Shown piece after piece: positions 25,706 to 39,174 of a stretch of 64,000 nucleotides of DNA. Numbering within the stretch: the stretch's first letter is position 1; every line of letters begins with the position of its first letter. Made by a program: the position numbers and the translations under genes. The stretch is from contig NC_133618.1 of the NCBI RefSeq assembly GCF_048593235.1, forward strand, positions 655,476,361 to 655,540,360, in the 5' to 3' direction. The notes beneath the pieces are model-generated. The model did not search any database. It had not been told where the DNA came from and worked only from the letters and a program-made list of their open reading frames with translations. The DNA comes from Sminthopsis crassicaudata. Lineage: Eukaryota.

Positions 25706-27559
25706 TTACTTTGAAATCGTGAACAATTAACGTGTGAAGGAAATCTCAGCTTAAAGGTAGAGTTTAAGAACATTTTTTCCCAACATGCTAACTGGATTTT
25801 CTGGGAATCAAATTCACATCATAAGCCAAGTTAACATTATACTTCAACCAATAGGTCTAATCAACTAAGGTATTATCATTCAGGATATAATTACACGCTA
25901 CCAAATAAATATGATGACTTCCTTATAAAAAAGAATTCATAGTTCAGAGTATGATTTCATGATGAAATTTGAACAAATAAAAGAATTCTTAAGAAGACTT
26001 GATTGATTTGTGCCAATCAGCAGGAAAGAGAAAAAATACCTTTACATTTCCAATTTTTAAAATAACAATCATTTTTATATAATTCTATACTTTTCTTACA
26101 GTGTCCTTTCCTTATTTTCTATTTTAGAATGCAATATTTTAAAAGCATCCAGGTGCTACCATATTAGATTTGGAGTCAGAAAAAACTAAGCTTGGATCCT
26201 GTTTTATTAGCTGTGTGAGATATTGGATAAATTACTAAATCTCTCCCTTCTTCAATTTCTCTGTTCAGAGAAAAAAAGTAGGAAAGGGAATACTAGAATC
26301 TATCTTACAGAGTGCTATGAAGAGAAGATGAGATTAATATTTGCAAAGTGCTCTGTATTATTTACTTGTTTCAGTGGTTTCTGACTTTTCAGGACTCCCC
26401 AAGAGTTATCTAAGCGATAACTCTATTGATAAATTCTACTAATGTGGAATCCAAGCAAAGGGTTATCTTAACAACTCTTTTAATGCCAAAGTTAGTGGGA
26501 TGAACAGCACATCTGGTGAGCTTTCTCTGAGAAGAGTTGGTGGTCATCAAGAGATTCTAGTAGTTGATTTGCAGGACTTAAAGGCCCAGTTGGGTTTGAA
26601 GAGAGACTTAATATGCCACAATCAAAGATATTTAATCAGTGGAAGAAGTCTCAGAAACCAGGCCTAAGCAGATCCCATGCATGAATTAAATACACAGCTC
26701 TGGGAAATGGGAATTCAGAAGCATTGGAGACCAAGTTCTAGGGTCCCTCAGACATGCTGTATAGTTCAACACATAGTTGCATAAGGATTCTGTAAGTATA
26801 CTCTTCATACATAGACATTTAGCCTTGAAGACACTTGGGGAAGCACGGAGAAGAGGACACATAGGGATTGAATAAGTATTTATATAGCACCTATTATGTA
26901 CCAGGCAGTGGGCTAAGTGCTTTTTACAAATATTATCTCATCTGTTCTTTTGGACCACATATTTTTAAAGGCACATTCAAATCCTACTGCATACATAATG
27001 AAAATTTACACTTGTAGGTTTGAACACTTTCTATAATAGGATACTCACTAGTTCTCGGATTCATATTAATACAATATAAAGATGAAATAATATAAGGTAT
27101 GCAAAGCATTTGGTAAAATCCTTAGCACATAGTATGTGCTATATAAATGCTTATTCTCCCAACTGCTTCCATTTTAGCTGATTATCGGTTATGTCTCTTA
27201 CCTCCCCTCCCCCCATTGACTTGTAAGTTCTACCTATTAGTTTTATTAATCTTCTGGAACCACACAAAATTTCTAGTTTCTCTTCTATATGACATCTTCA
27301 AATATCTGAAAACCTTTCCCATCTCCCCTAGTATCATAGAAATAAGAAGTAACAACTATGATTTACAACATTCCCTCATCATTCTAGCTACCCATAATTA
27401 CATGTTCTCAGGCATGTCAAGGTTCTAAAAGTATGAGGCCTATAACCAACTGCCATTTTCTGGATGTGTCCCTGGGAAGCTCTGGAAAGTCTGCTTTTTA
27501 TTAATTCAACCTAAGATTTATTATTTTTGGCAGGCAAATAATATAATTTCTGAGCTTAG

Positions 27560-27830
27560 AGTTAATTAAGATTTTGCTAAGTCTTTTCAACTCAACTACT
27601 TTCTAGTCACATCATCTACATTCTATGTGTTAAGCTGATTAAAAAAAAAAACTCAGTTATTTATACTTATCCCTATTAAAATCCTCTCTTTTGAAGATTA
27701 AGCTGTTGTTTCAGCCTGTTGAGTACTTTCTAGTCCCTGACTGTCATTCAACAAATTAGCTAACCCTCCCAGTGCTAGGTCACCTACCAGCTTAGTAACA
27801 AATCATTGACATATAATACTTATGGGAAAA
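27560..27830 (-). mobile_element. CR1/L3 LINE RT-region fossil
   Basis: CCTGACTGTCATTCAACAAATTAGCTAACCCTCCCAGTGCTAGGTCACCTACCAGC resembles the antisense of the L3 segment encoding KFADDTKLGG. Confidence 0.55.
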
Positions 27831-28290
27831 AGACTAGGTATAGCAGTTCTATAACACAACTCTAATCTGTTTTTAGTAGGTATTGATCTTAACCATGACT
27901 CTTCAAGTAGGGTTATAAAATCAATAAAAACATTTAAAAGAGAAAAAAGTTAAAGAAAAGCCTACTTCTCCCCCCAAAAAGGACTATTTACTTTTCCTCT
28001 ATTGTGTTAATAAGGATGTCATGGAAAAGACTCTTTAATTAGAAGACTTAAATTTGAATAAGAGCTCAGATACTTAGGACCTAAGAGACCTTGAACAAAC
28101 CACAACTTTTCGGGACCATGTACAGAATGAACAGCCCAAAGTCCTTTTCAGTGTGAGCTCTATGCTTAAGATAACTAAGATAAATGTTATCTACTATTGA
28201 ACATTGTTTTTAACAAATAAAAAGGAAATAAAGTTATTTATGCAAGACTTATCATTAGGGGAAAAACCTGTGAATCGCCACTTTCATTTT

Positions 28291-28417
28291 TTGGGGGGGT
28301 AAGTGACTTGCCCAGGGTCACATAGCTAGGAAGTGTTAAATGTCTGGGGCCAGATTTGAACTCAGGTCCTTCTAACTTCAGAACTTGTGCTTTACCCATT
28401 GCACCAACTAGCTCCCC
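28291..28417 (-). mobile_element. WSINE1-type SINE
   Basis: AAGTGACTTGCCCAGGGTCACATAGCTAGGAAGTGTTAAATGTCTGGGGCCAGATTTGAACTCAGGTCC; degenerate TSD CCACTTTCATTTT / CCACTTCCACTTTT. Confidence 0.8.
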
Positions 28418-28489
28418 CCACTTCCACTTTTAAGGGTTCACAAACCACTGGTTGAAAAATCTATTTCCAGAAATTTGCATGGATTGATA

Positions 28490-30970
28490 TTAAACTCACT
28501 GACAATCATCCCCCATATAATACACCATGACCAAGTAGGATTTATACCAGGAAGGGAGAACTGGTCCAATATTAAGAAAACTATTAGCATAAATGACTAT
28601 ATCAATAACCAAACTAACAAAAACCATATAAGTATCTCAATAGATGGTGAAAAAGCATTTGATAAAATCCAACACTAATTACTAGTAAAAATACTAGAGA
28701 GTATAGGAATAAATGGAGTTTTCCTTAAAATGATCAGTAGCATCTATCTAAAACCATCAGCAAGCATCATATATATAATGAAGACAAACTAGAACCATTC
28801 CCAATGAGATCAGAGGTGAAACAAGGTTGGCCACCTGATATTGTATTAGAAATGCTAGCTTTGGCAATAAGACAAAAAAAAAAAAAAAAGATTAAAGGAA
28901 TTAGAGTAGATAATGAAGAAACCAAATTATCACTCTTTACAAATAATTTGATGATATACTTAGAAAACCTGAGAGAATCAATTAAAAAAACTATTAGAAA
29001 TAATTTACAACTTTAGCAAACTTTCAGGATACAAAATAAATTCACATAAATTGTCAGCACTTTTATATATTAACAAAAAAGTACAACAGCAAGAGATATA
29101 AAGAGAAATTCTATTTAAAATAACTTGACAATATAAAATATCCAGGAATCTATTTGCCAAGGCAAAATCAGAAACTATATGATCACAACTACAAAACACT
29201 TTCCACACAAAGTCAGATTGAATCAAATGGAAAAATAACAAGTGCTCATGGATAATCTGAGCAAATATAATAAAAATGACAATACTACCTAAATTAATCT
29301 ATGTAATTAGTGCCATACCAATCGAACTCCCAAGAAAATATTTTACAGATATGGAAAAAGTAATTAACAAAGAAGAACAAGAAGTTTCCAAGAATGTCAA
29401 GGGAATTAATGAAAACAAAAATGCAAATGAAGGTTGCCTAGCTGTGTCAGACCTAAAAATATATTACAAAGCAGTAGTCATCAAAATCATTTGATACGAG
29501 CTAAAAACCAGAGTAGTTGATCAGTAGAATAGGTTACAATAACAGGACAAAATAGTCAATGACTACAGTAATCTAGTGTTTGACAAACCCAAAGAAGCCA
29601 GCTTTTGGGATCAATACTATTTAACAATGGGAAAATTGTAAAATAATATGGCAGAAACTAGGTATTGACCCACACCTAACACAATATACCAAGATAAGGT
29701 TCAAGATGGATTCAGATTTAGATATAAAGAGCATATTATAAGCAAATTAGAAGAACAAAGTTTAGTTTATCTTAAAGAACTGTGGAGAAGTAAGGAATTT
29801 GTGACCAGAAAAGAACTAGAACTCATTATTGAAGCAAAATAGGTGATTTTCATTACATTAAGTTAAAAACTTTTTGTACAAACAAAATCAATGAAGACAA
29901 GATTAGAAGGGAATCAATAAACTGGGAAAACATTTTTACATTTAAAGGTTCTGATAAAGGCCTCATTTCTAAAATATATAAAGAACTGACTTAAATTTAT
30001 AAGAATTCAAGCCATTCTACAACTGATAAATGGTCAAAGGGTATAAAGAGAATCTTCAGATGAAGAAAACTATTTCTAGTCATATGAAAAGATGCTCTAA
30101 ATCACTATTGCTCAGAGAAATGCAAATTAAGACAACTCTGAGATATCACTACATACCTCTCAGATTGGCTAAGATGCCAGGAAAAAGTGATGATGAATGT
30201 TGGGAGCAATGTGGGAAAACTGGGACACTAATACATTATTGGTGGAGTTGTGAACATATCCATCCATTCTGGAGAGCAAAGGACTAATAAATTTTGCACA
30301 CCCTTTGATCCAGCAATGTTTCTGCTGGACCTGTATCCCAATGAGATCTTGAGGAGGGAAAGGGACCCACATGTGGAAAATGTTTGCAGTGGCAAGAAAG
30401 TAGAAACTGGATGGATGCCCATCAGTTGGAGAATGGCTAAATAAGTTATAGAATATGAATGTTATGGAATATTATTGTTCTGTAAGAAATGAGCAGAAGC
30501 AGGAGATCACTGTACATGGCAGTAACAATTCTGATGGATGTGGCTCTTTTCAACAATGAAATGATTCAGGTCAGTTCCAATGATCTTGTAATGAAGAGAG
30601 CCATCAACACCCAGAGAAGACTGTGGGAACTGAGTGTGGATCACAATATAGCATTTTCACTCTTTTAGTGGTTGTTTGCTTGCATTTTAGTTTCTAATTT
30701 TTTCCTTTTTGATTTGATTTTGCTTGTACAAGATAACTAACTACATAATTTAAACTGTATAAACAAGATAAATTATATAAACACATAGGCATATATTGAA
30801 TTTAACATATATTTGATTACTTGCCATCTAGGGGAGGGAGGAAGGGTAAAAGGAGAGAAAATTGGAACACAAGATTTTATAAGGGTTAATGTTGAAGAAT
30901 AATCCAAGCATGGGTTTTGAAAATAAAAAGCTTTAAAGACAAACAAAACAAAAAACAAACAAACAAAAAA
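28490..30970 (+). mobile_element. Older, degraded L1 (RT domain through 3'UTR and A-rich tail)
   Basis: Broken ORF2 pieces: IIHHDQVGFIPG, AFDKIQH, EETKLSLFTNNLMIYLENLRES (degenerate FADDM), ILPKLIY, MQIKTTLRYHY…IHYWWSC. Many stops and frameshifts. Ends AATAAAAAGC plus an (A/AAAC) tail at about 30920-30970. Confidence 0.93.
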
Positions 30971-31279
30971 GCAGTATATGTAATCAACCTTCTTCCTCTC
31001 TCTAAGGGCATTTACCCATCTCCTATATCCTAGAACTGCCAGATTACCTGTTAAGTTTTCAATACCCATTAACTTTTGTTTAGCAGTAACTTCCCCAAGA
31101 TGAAAATCATGTATATAAGGAAATATCAAGAGTATCAAGAGTAACCAGCAGTTCTCATTACTTCTTCATCTACCTTAAAGTCTAATATCCATTTAACTTA
31201 GTTCATTCTATACTTTTTAAATCTGAAAAAACTTCCTCCTTGGAAAAAAAAATAGACATAAATTAGGAATCAGATAGTT

Positions 31280-31720
31280 CTGCTTTATTTTGTTCATCCT
31301 TTCACATTACTGGATCCAATCCAAGCACCAAGCCTCTCTGGTACTGTTTGTTCTACTTGTCCTGAACATAACAACTCTTTTGTTATTAGTAGCACTTTGA
31401 GTATATTTCAACTTATTCTTGGGGTCAGCCTTTCTGACATGATTCTTACAGATCTAGGCCACTCTATTATAACCTTAGTAAGATGTCTCTTTGCTTCCAT
31501 CTTTTATACGTGTGTGGTTGAACACTGGAGTTCATTTAGCTGCCTCCTTGTATTTTCAGATATCCAATCATTAGGAACATTTGAAATTACATGACTGGAT
31601 TTTCTCATGTAATTTCAACCAGGAGCTATAAACTTCATGAAAGGGCTCAGCTTTCTGTCAAGATAGTGATCTATAGTCCACAGGTCCTGCATAAAATCTC
31701 CAGGGCACTGAAACAGAAAT
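31280..31720 (-). mobile_element. Ancient CR1/L3 LINE ORF2 fossil
   Basis: Minus strand across frameshifts reads YKRWKQ…CKNHVRKADPKNKLKYTQSATNNK, resembling CR1 YKKWKQG…[25 protein letters not shown]. Confidence 0.6.
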
Positions 31721-33889
31721 TGGCTCTATTCAAGGCCTACACGGGATGTGAACTCTCCAAGGAGATCAGAAACAGGCATTTTATCTTGTTTTGGTCCAGG
31801 GGCCTGACAGATTTTCTATCAGCTATGTCTTCTTCAAAAAATACTTTGTTAAAAATAGATTACAAGACAGAAGGAGAGAGAAGTTCGAGGAGGTGGACTG
31901 AGATTTAAACATTATCACAATAGAGGTTTAGTTATATTTAGCAAATAAATGATGACAGGTTTAATTACAAATTACTTTATAATAATAAATCCCAATCCAT
32001 CAAGAAAGAATTATAGTTAATACTACTAATCATGTTTATCTTACCTCACACATTTCTTAGTCTGAGAAAGTTAAGTCTTAAGAGGTCATTTCTGGATACT
32101 GACAAAAACAAATGGTTGTCTACAGACTATTTGTTCCACACTAATGCAGATAAAATGCAAATCTTATGAAAGCAAAATACCTCAATGATAGCAAAGACCT
32201 CAGAGGCTATCTAGTGCAAACCATTCTTTAAGAAGAATCTACTCCACCACCTACATGAGAAAGTATACAAATAAATCAAATCAATAATAGGAAAACTACC
32301 TCGCCCAAACATTTTTTTCCTAAGGAAGTCTCCATTATCAGAAATGGAAACTATCAGGGATAGAAGCAACCAAAATATCAATGGTAGGGAGATACTGTCT
32401 AGAATGGCCTTCTAAAACACTACAATTGAGATGCCAAAGAGGAGGGTTAGAGGAGCCACTTTTGATGCTTAAGGAATTAATGGTAGCACAACTGGATTGG
32501 ATCAGAAGTTACATGTTCCTCCATGGCTAGATATAGATTTTGTGGAATATAGATATTGTGGAAGATCCCTCCATGCCCTTAGGAATTTATTCCCGTTTTG
32601 AGTGCTTGGTTTTGTTCTTCCCTTTCAAACTCACTGGGCAGGCATAAAATGAAGCACCACTAGTGGGCTGCCTTTCCATTTTATCTTTCCTTCCCTCAAA
32701 GAATCATGAGGATGAGTGGGAAGACAATAATATGCTGGCCACATCTCAGCCCCATAACAAATCACATTTACGTGACAGTTGAAAATCTTATTTAAAAGAC
32801 TACTCTGCTGCCTCATCCTGGCCTACAACTGATTTTGGGTAACTGAAGATCATGTCCACAGAATAGAGATGCTGGCAGGGACTCCCAAATCTAAAAGGTT
32901 CAAATAAGGTCAGTGATGAGACCAAGAAGGCTAATGCTCTGACTCAGTATTACTAGTGTGGGGAAGGGATGGGGAATATTTAGACATTTAGCACAATAAA
33001 TCTGTTGTAGGGGGCATGTCAGCAGAGACTTCTTCTGTCTGGTCTACCTTGATGATGTTCCTTTTGTACCCATAGATAGCTTTTTTCACCCATTGTGATG
33101 GCAAGCTTAATCCCTAGCAGTTTCTTGTCTCCCAAGACACATTTACTGGGAAGCTGCCCAGTAGTCCAACGAGGCCTCCCACTCCAGGCACCAGGAGGGA
33201 TGCCTTACCTTAGGCTGGACGGAGGGAGAGAAGCTTGTGCTTTAAAAGAGCAGAGTTTACCAGATTTGTTTTTAGAAAATGAGGCAGTGTGGAACAATGG
33301 AAAGAGCATTTCTCTGGAGGGAGAGGCCTAAGATCAAATCCGACATCTCACACGTGCTCCCTATGTGACTTTGGGAAAGTCATGGAAACTCTCTGGGCCT
33401 GGATTCAGTCACCTGTAAGATGTCTTGAGTGTTCTTAAAGGCTTCTGAGAAACCTTACCATTCTATGATTACTAAATGATTGTAGAAAACATTTATTTGG
33501 TACTTACTATGTACTGTTCACCATATTAAAGACTGAAATAGAAAAAAATAAAACAGTCCATACTTTCAATAATGAGAGAAAATAATCCATATCAAAAGGA
33601 TTATATAAACAGAAAGATCCATAAGTCTTAAAAGCTTTAGCTAGGCAGATAGCACAACTCAGGATGGCTTCTGATTCAAGAAAATCTGGGGTCCATTCTG
33701 TCTCTGACACACTCAGAAATCCTGCACCAGTCTCTAAAAAAGCAAGTTGAAGAACACTGGGATTCTGTATTAGTAGAAGGTGTTTCCTTCCTGGAGGTTC
33801 CCAAAGCAATGATATCAATGGTCAAAACAAATTATTCATCATTTTTTTATTGTAATGATTAATATTGACTCACTCTCAGAATGAGAACA

Positions 33890-34250
33890 GAGTCAAAGAA
33901 ATTCTTGGCACTCTCTCTGGCCCCTCGAATGCTATTCACTCTCTCCCCATTACCTATTAAATAAGGTCTAAATCCTTTCCCTGATACTAACTTTGTAGTT
34001 TCACTTTTCAAAGGACTTTTAGTCTTTATTTTATACATGTATACTATTTTTCTTCATAATATACTCTTTCTCCTTAGTATGCCTTCCACCAAATCATCAT
34101 TACCTGGCAAAAATGTACTTATCCTTTAAGGCCAAGATCAACTATTTTCTTTTCCATGAATCCCTCCCTAATCCACTCCAGTAAGATGTGACCTCTCAAA
34201 CCTCAGTGAAACTTGTTAAATAACCTTGTTTTATAGAAATCTTATAGAAA
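33890..34250 (+). mobile_element. L2 LINE 3' fragment
   Basis: TACCTGGCAAAAATGTACTTATCCTTTAAGGCCAAGATCAACTATTTTCTTTTCCATGAATCCCTCCCTAAT is L2-like. Confidence 0.5.
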
Positions 34251-34389
34251 TTTTACAGATTTATACCCTTTTAGAAACTGATCATCTTTTCTAACATCCC
34301 CCCCTTTCTTTTAATGTTGTTTAGTTATGTCCAATCTTTGTGACCTCATTTGTGTGGGTTTTTTTGGGGTTTTTTTTTTTTTTGGGTAA

Positions 34390-34565
34390 AAATACTATAG
34401 TGATTTGCCATTTCTTTCTCACTCTCATTTTCTAGATAAACAAATGGAGGCTTGGGTGATTTGCCCAAATTCACACAGCTAATAAATATCTGAGGTCACA
34501 TTTGAAATCAGGCCTTCCTGAGTCTACATATGGTACTCTATTCACTATACCACCTAGCTGCCCAT
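34390..34565 (-). mobile_element. CORE-SINE (MAR1/MIR-type) fragment
   Basis: TTTGCCATTTC…GTGATTTGCCCAAATTCACACAGCT…TCTGAGGTCACATTTGAAATCAGG…CCACCTAGCTGCCC. Confidence 0.65.
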
Positions 34566-36208
34566 TTTTCTTTTATAAGGAACATCAAATGGCTTATTCA
34601 GGATTACCAGGTAATAGTGACAGAGCTAGAATGCAAGCTCTGGCATTGTCTCAAAGTCCAGTATATAATTTTTGGTCCGCTGTATATCTTCCATTGTGTG
34701 TTAATTATTTGTGTGACTTTCTTATCTTTTCTATTCGACTGAAGATTCATGTGATTCATGGATCAAGTCTCATACATTTGCATCCTTCAAAATGTCCAAA
34801 GTGTCTTGCTGTATATTATGGTGGTCAATAAATGTTTACTGAATGAATGTCTTAAATTTAAAAAAGAAACTACTTGGATTAAAAATAGTTACAAGTTTTG
34901 CAAAAATTACACCTATGGCTGTTTACATCATTATTATATTCTTTTTAATATCGTTTGCCTGCTTTCCCCCAAACTGTTCTATATGCTGGGCTACCAGATA
35001 TGTAACAATATTCTTACTGGTATTACTCTTAGATAAACTACTTTCTAGTCTCCTGCTGTTACCAAGAAATGTATTAAGGCAAGTCACATGCCTTTCTTCA
35101 TGTCAACAAATGATGGCTCAATTAGGCAGATAAGTATCTAGAGTCCTTTGCAGAATCTCTTTGGCCCATTCTGAGCAATATTAAAAAAAAAAAAATCACC
35201 CTGGTTAGAATTAAGGGTATGTTTTCAATTCTTGAAATATTCAGCTATTGAATGTTTCTGAACAAAAATAGGGTAAAAACGGATTTTCAGATATATACAT
35301 TCTGAAATTTAGCTCACGAATAAATTTATTAATTAAATTAGATACTCAGATTCTTGGTGCATTATTTCCTCTACAATACTTACTGTGATCTATATGTCTG
35401 TTACATTACTAATTTATTAACAATGCTGTGAGTCTATGTAAAATTCTTATATGATATTCAAGCTTTTTCTGGAATTTATAGAATGAAATGAATTATGAGA
35501 AGAAAATATAACCTATTTCAGAGTTCACACATTAAGACTTTCCCTGACAATAACTTCTCTCCACATCCCGTCCACTTGGACATTACTAGGAGTGCTTCTC
35601 AAAGTTCTGAGAGATCCCCTCCTCTTCTCTAAGCTCTATTGCTCTACTCTGGAAACCTCTGGAGTTCCCACAGGCTTACTATCAATGTTCAGTTAGCTCC
35701 TAGAGCTTTATCTCTAGTCCCAGACTTTCCCCTGAGCTTTAGTCTTCCATGGCCTGCTGCCAACACGGCTACACTAACAGAAAACATTTTCTTCTGCCCC
35801 ATACTCACTGTCTCCCTCCAAAGGCCCCACTGAATATCAAGGTTCATGGTACACTGCCACAAACCTGGTCCTTCCTCCACCTCACCCCAAGCATGGAAGA
35901 GCTTGCAATGGCTCAACAATTTTACTTTCCCATCTCTAGGCTCACACTATCACCACCAACCTTCAGGCCTTCCCAGGTCCTGACTGGTGCTGCTGTCTCA
36001 AGGCTCTCCTGCAGTCTACCCTAGGCACTTCTGCCTATGGTAGGAACTGAGCAGAAATCAGACCAAACCAGTGCCCCATCAATAAACTCTAGTACTTACT
36101 GAGTTTCTCTAAGATTAAATTTTTTAAAATCCTCTCTTTCCAAATCCTTTGTAATCTGGCCCCAATATGTCCTTCAGGTTCACTGGAGATTACTCCCTTT
36201 TCTACAGC

Positions 36209-36452
36209 TGTTAGGTTCTTACTAAGTGCTAATGAGATAATGAGATATTAGGAAAAAGGAGTCTCTGCTCTAGACACTTGAGGCAGGTCTCTGCAGGAAG
36301 GGAAATCACTTCTCTGGACCAGAGTTAACAGCAACTGTCTGGAGACAATGGTTCTCTAAAGGAAGAAGAATCTGTCCGAGAGATTTGAGTTGACACAGCA
36401 GATCTCCTCCCAGAAGGCGATCGGCAGCTTCTGGAGACAACAGCACATTACA
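36209..36452 (+). mobile_element. Internally deleted solo LTR, same family as 4603-5060
   Basis: TGTTAGG…CATTACA; TSD TACAGC/TATAGC (36203-36208 and 36453-36458). The 3' ~170 nt align closely by eye with the reverse complement of 4603-4775. Confidence 0.9.
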
Positions 36453-36686
36453 TATAGCCACAGTGACCTACCTTTTTCTACCTCAGTTACTTTTCTCTGA
36501 TCACACATGCAATTCCTGGAATGTACTTTCTCCTTTCCTTAAGGCACGATTCAAGCATAGCTCCTAGATAAGATCATTCTGGTTTCTCCCATGTGCTGGT
36601 GTCCTTTCTCCCAAATTAATTTTTTATGTAACTATTTTGCAATAATGTTTATTTATTATTTTTATATTTATTCCACAAATACAAGC

Positions 36687-36851
36687 NNNNNNNNNNNNNN
36701 NNNNNNNNNNNNNNNNNNNNNNNNNNNNNNNNNNNNNNNNNNNNNNNNNNNNNNNNNNNNNNNNNNNNNNNNNNNNNNNNNNNNNNNNNNNNNNNNNNNN
36801 NNNNNNNNNNNNNNNNNNNNNNNNNNNNNNNNNNNNNNNNNNNNNNNNNNN
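36687..36851. other. Assembly gap (165 N)
   Basis: Run of N. Confidence 1.
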
Positions 36852-38788
36852 TACATACATACTCACTCTTATCTTCCTCTTTGGAATATAAAGTTCTTGT
36901 GAGAAAGAATTATTTTATTTTTTTTTCTCCTATGTATGCATATTGTTTAGCTTACAATAGGCACCAAATAAATGTCTGTGGATTGTTGCTCATGTATCAT
37001 CTTTAAATTAATGGAGGTATATGAGTAAAGAAGGATGGGAAGAAATAAGTCTGAGTATCATAATAGATGTTCCAAAGTTTATACATAATAGCTTACTTAT
37101 TTTTCTTAACTATCTTAAAATAAGGAGGAAGGATATGGCAGGGGGAAAAAATGCATGTCCTTTGTAAGATGAGGGTAAGTTTCATAATTTGTCTTGCAAT
37201 AAAATTTTAGGATTACCATAAGGAAAGAATTTTGTAAATCTAAAAAATATTTTTACAAAAAGTGAATTATTACCATTTTAGGTTCAGACATATGATTTTT
37301 TTTTAGCAATTCTAGTGTGGAAAAATTTCTCCATTTATATAGGAAGTCATCTGTAAGGAGTGTACCATCTTAAGAAGATACCCAGTATGCTTATGGCTAA
37401 ACAGCTTTCTAAGAATCACACAAATGTGGTGGTGGCAGATAGGAAAGATGCTAAAGCACTGAAAAGGGACTCAGTTCAAATCTCCCTCTTCAAAAAAAAA
37501 AAAATTAATGATCCTAGGGCCTCACTAATTTGTTTTTCTAATTTGCCCTTCTCTATTTAAAAAAATATTTTATTTTCCCCAATTACATGTTAAAATAATT
37601 ATAAATGCTAGCTATTATTGTTACTATTATTATGTCACAGGAAACAAGATTTTTCTAATAATAAGTCTGAATAGCTATCCAATATGGCACTTTCTTATGA
37701 GATATGATCCTCATTTTTACATTATGTGGATAGCATTTAGCACAAGGAATACTTACTCCTATTTTAAACAAAATCTCCATGTTGACCATGATGACACATA
37801 TAAGCTACTGGGGAACCTGAGGTGGGGGAAACTGAGGCTGGGGAATGAGTTCTGAGTTGTAGTGGGTTTAGCCATTTGGATGTCCAAAGTAAGTTTGGCA
37901 TTAATATAATAAATTTCTGGAAGACCAAATATCCAAAAGTCACAGGTCCCATTTGCTGATCTGAGTTGGATTGGTCCATAAGTTGGTCTCTCTACTTCCA
38001 AGATGGGATGGCCCAATCTTTACCCGAGGGAGACAGACAGTTGAATAAATGAGTGAATGAATCTCCAAAAGCAAGGCTACCAGGTTTGTCAGCCTACAGC
38101 AAAATATAAGTGACAAATTAAAAGAAAGCAATTGTCAAAGGCAGGCATACTGACAGCTGATAAAAAGGAAAAAGATAGAGGAGCACTGCAGGAAGCAAAC
38201 ATAAGAACTCAAAAATATGACAATAGATTACTCTATTTCTATAAGACTTTTCTTAGCTCACAATGCTATAAGAGACCAATAAGAGAGAAGGCTGGGGCAA
38301 TTTTAACATAAAAGCAAATAGCGTGATATACCTTCAGTGAAAACTAGAGTATAATATAACTCATGCTCATAATTATGACCTTGTACCAACAAAAATGATT
38401 ATGTGCAAAAGACTTGGGAAATAAGAAAATATTGTTTGAGGAGTTTTTCATGAAAAATGGTTAAATTTTTTTTAACAAGTTTTACCACTTAAAAGGAAGG
38501 AGAAGAACAAATAAGTTATTTAGAAATATCATTCCTTCATTAACTATAAATCTATGGCTCAAGTCTCATACATCTGCATCCTTCAAAGTGCCTTAAAGAG
38601 TCTTGCTAAATACTCTGGTGGTCAATAAAACTTTTATGAAGTGATACACAGGGAGCAGAACAAGGCCAACAATTAATGTGATAACAATATTGTACAGACA
38701 AGCAAATTTCAAAGAGTAGAGAAATCTGTTCAATACAATGACTGGCAACAATTTCAGAGAACTCATGATGAAATATATTTACCACCCC

Positions 38789-39174
38789 TGTAATGTCTGG
38801 GGTTAGCTTTCTAGAAGTCTTCCAGAAGGGCCTTGGTCTCAGAAGGATAGACACCACAAGAATAGAAAAAATAGAGTCCAAAGTCTTTATTGCCTCGTAT
38901 GCAGTCTGCGTCTGTCATGGTCTGACTCAGTGTCCCTCAACAGTCTGCAGGCTCATTTAGTGCAGGAGCCACCACAAGGTTGGTCAAAGACAGAATGTCT
39001 GGAACTGACTTTGTCCTCAGTTTAAATACCCTATTACAATTACATCAACTGTAGAACTATTACATAATCATGCTAAGTACTAAGTATATGTAAATTAGAA
39101 AACCATTGTTTCATCAGTCCCACTGAGTTAACACTTTGTTTCAAATATACTTCTCCAAAGTTCTGCCTTTTACA
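38789..39174 (-). mobile_element. Solo LTR (perfect 6-bp TSD) inserted into an old L1 3'UTR remnant
   Basis: TG…CA termini; TSD CACCCC at 38783-38788 and 39175-39180; on the minus strand a TATTTAAA box (39021-39028) precedes AATAAA (about 38886-38891). Confidence 0.9.
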
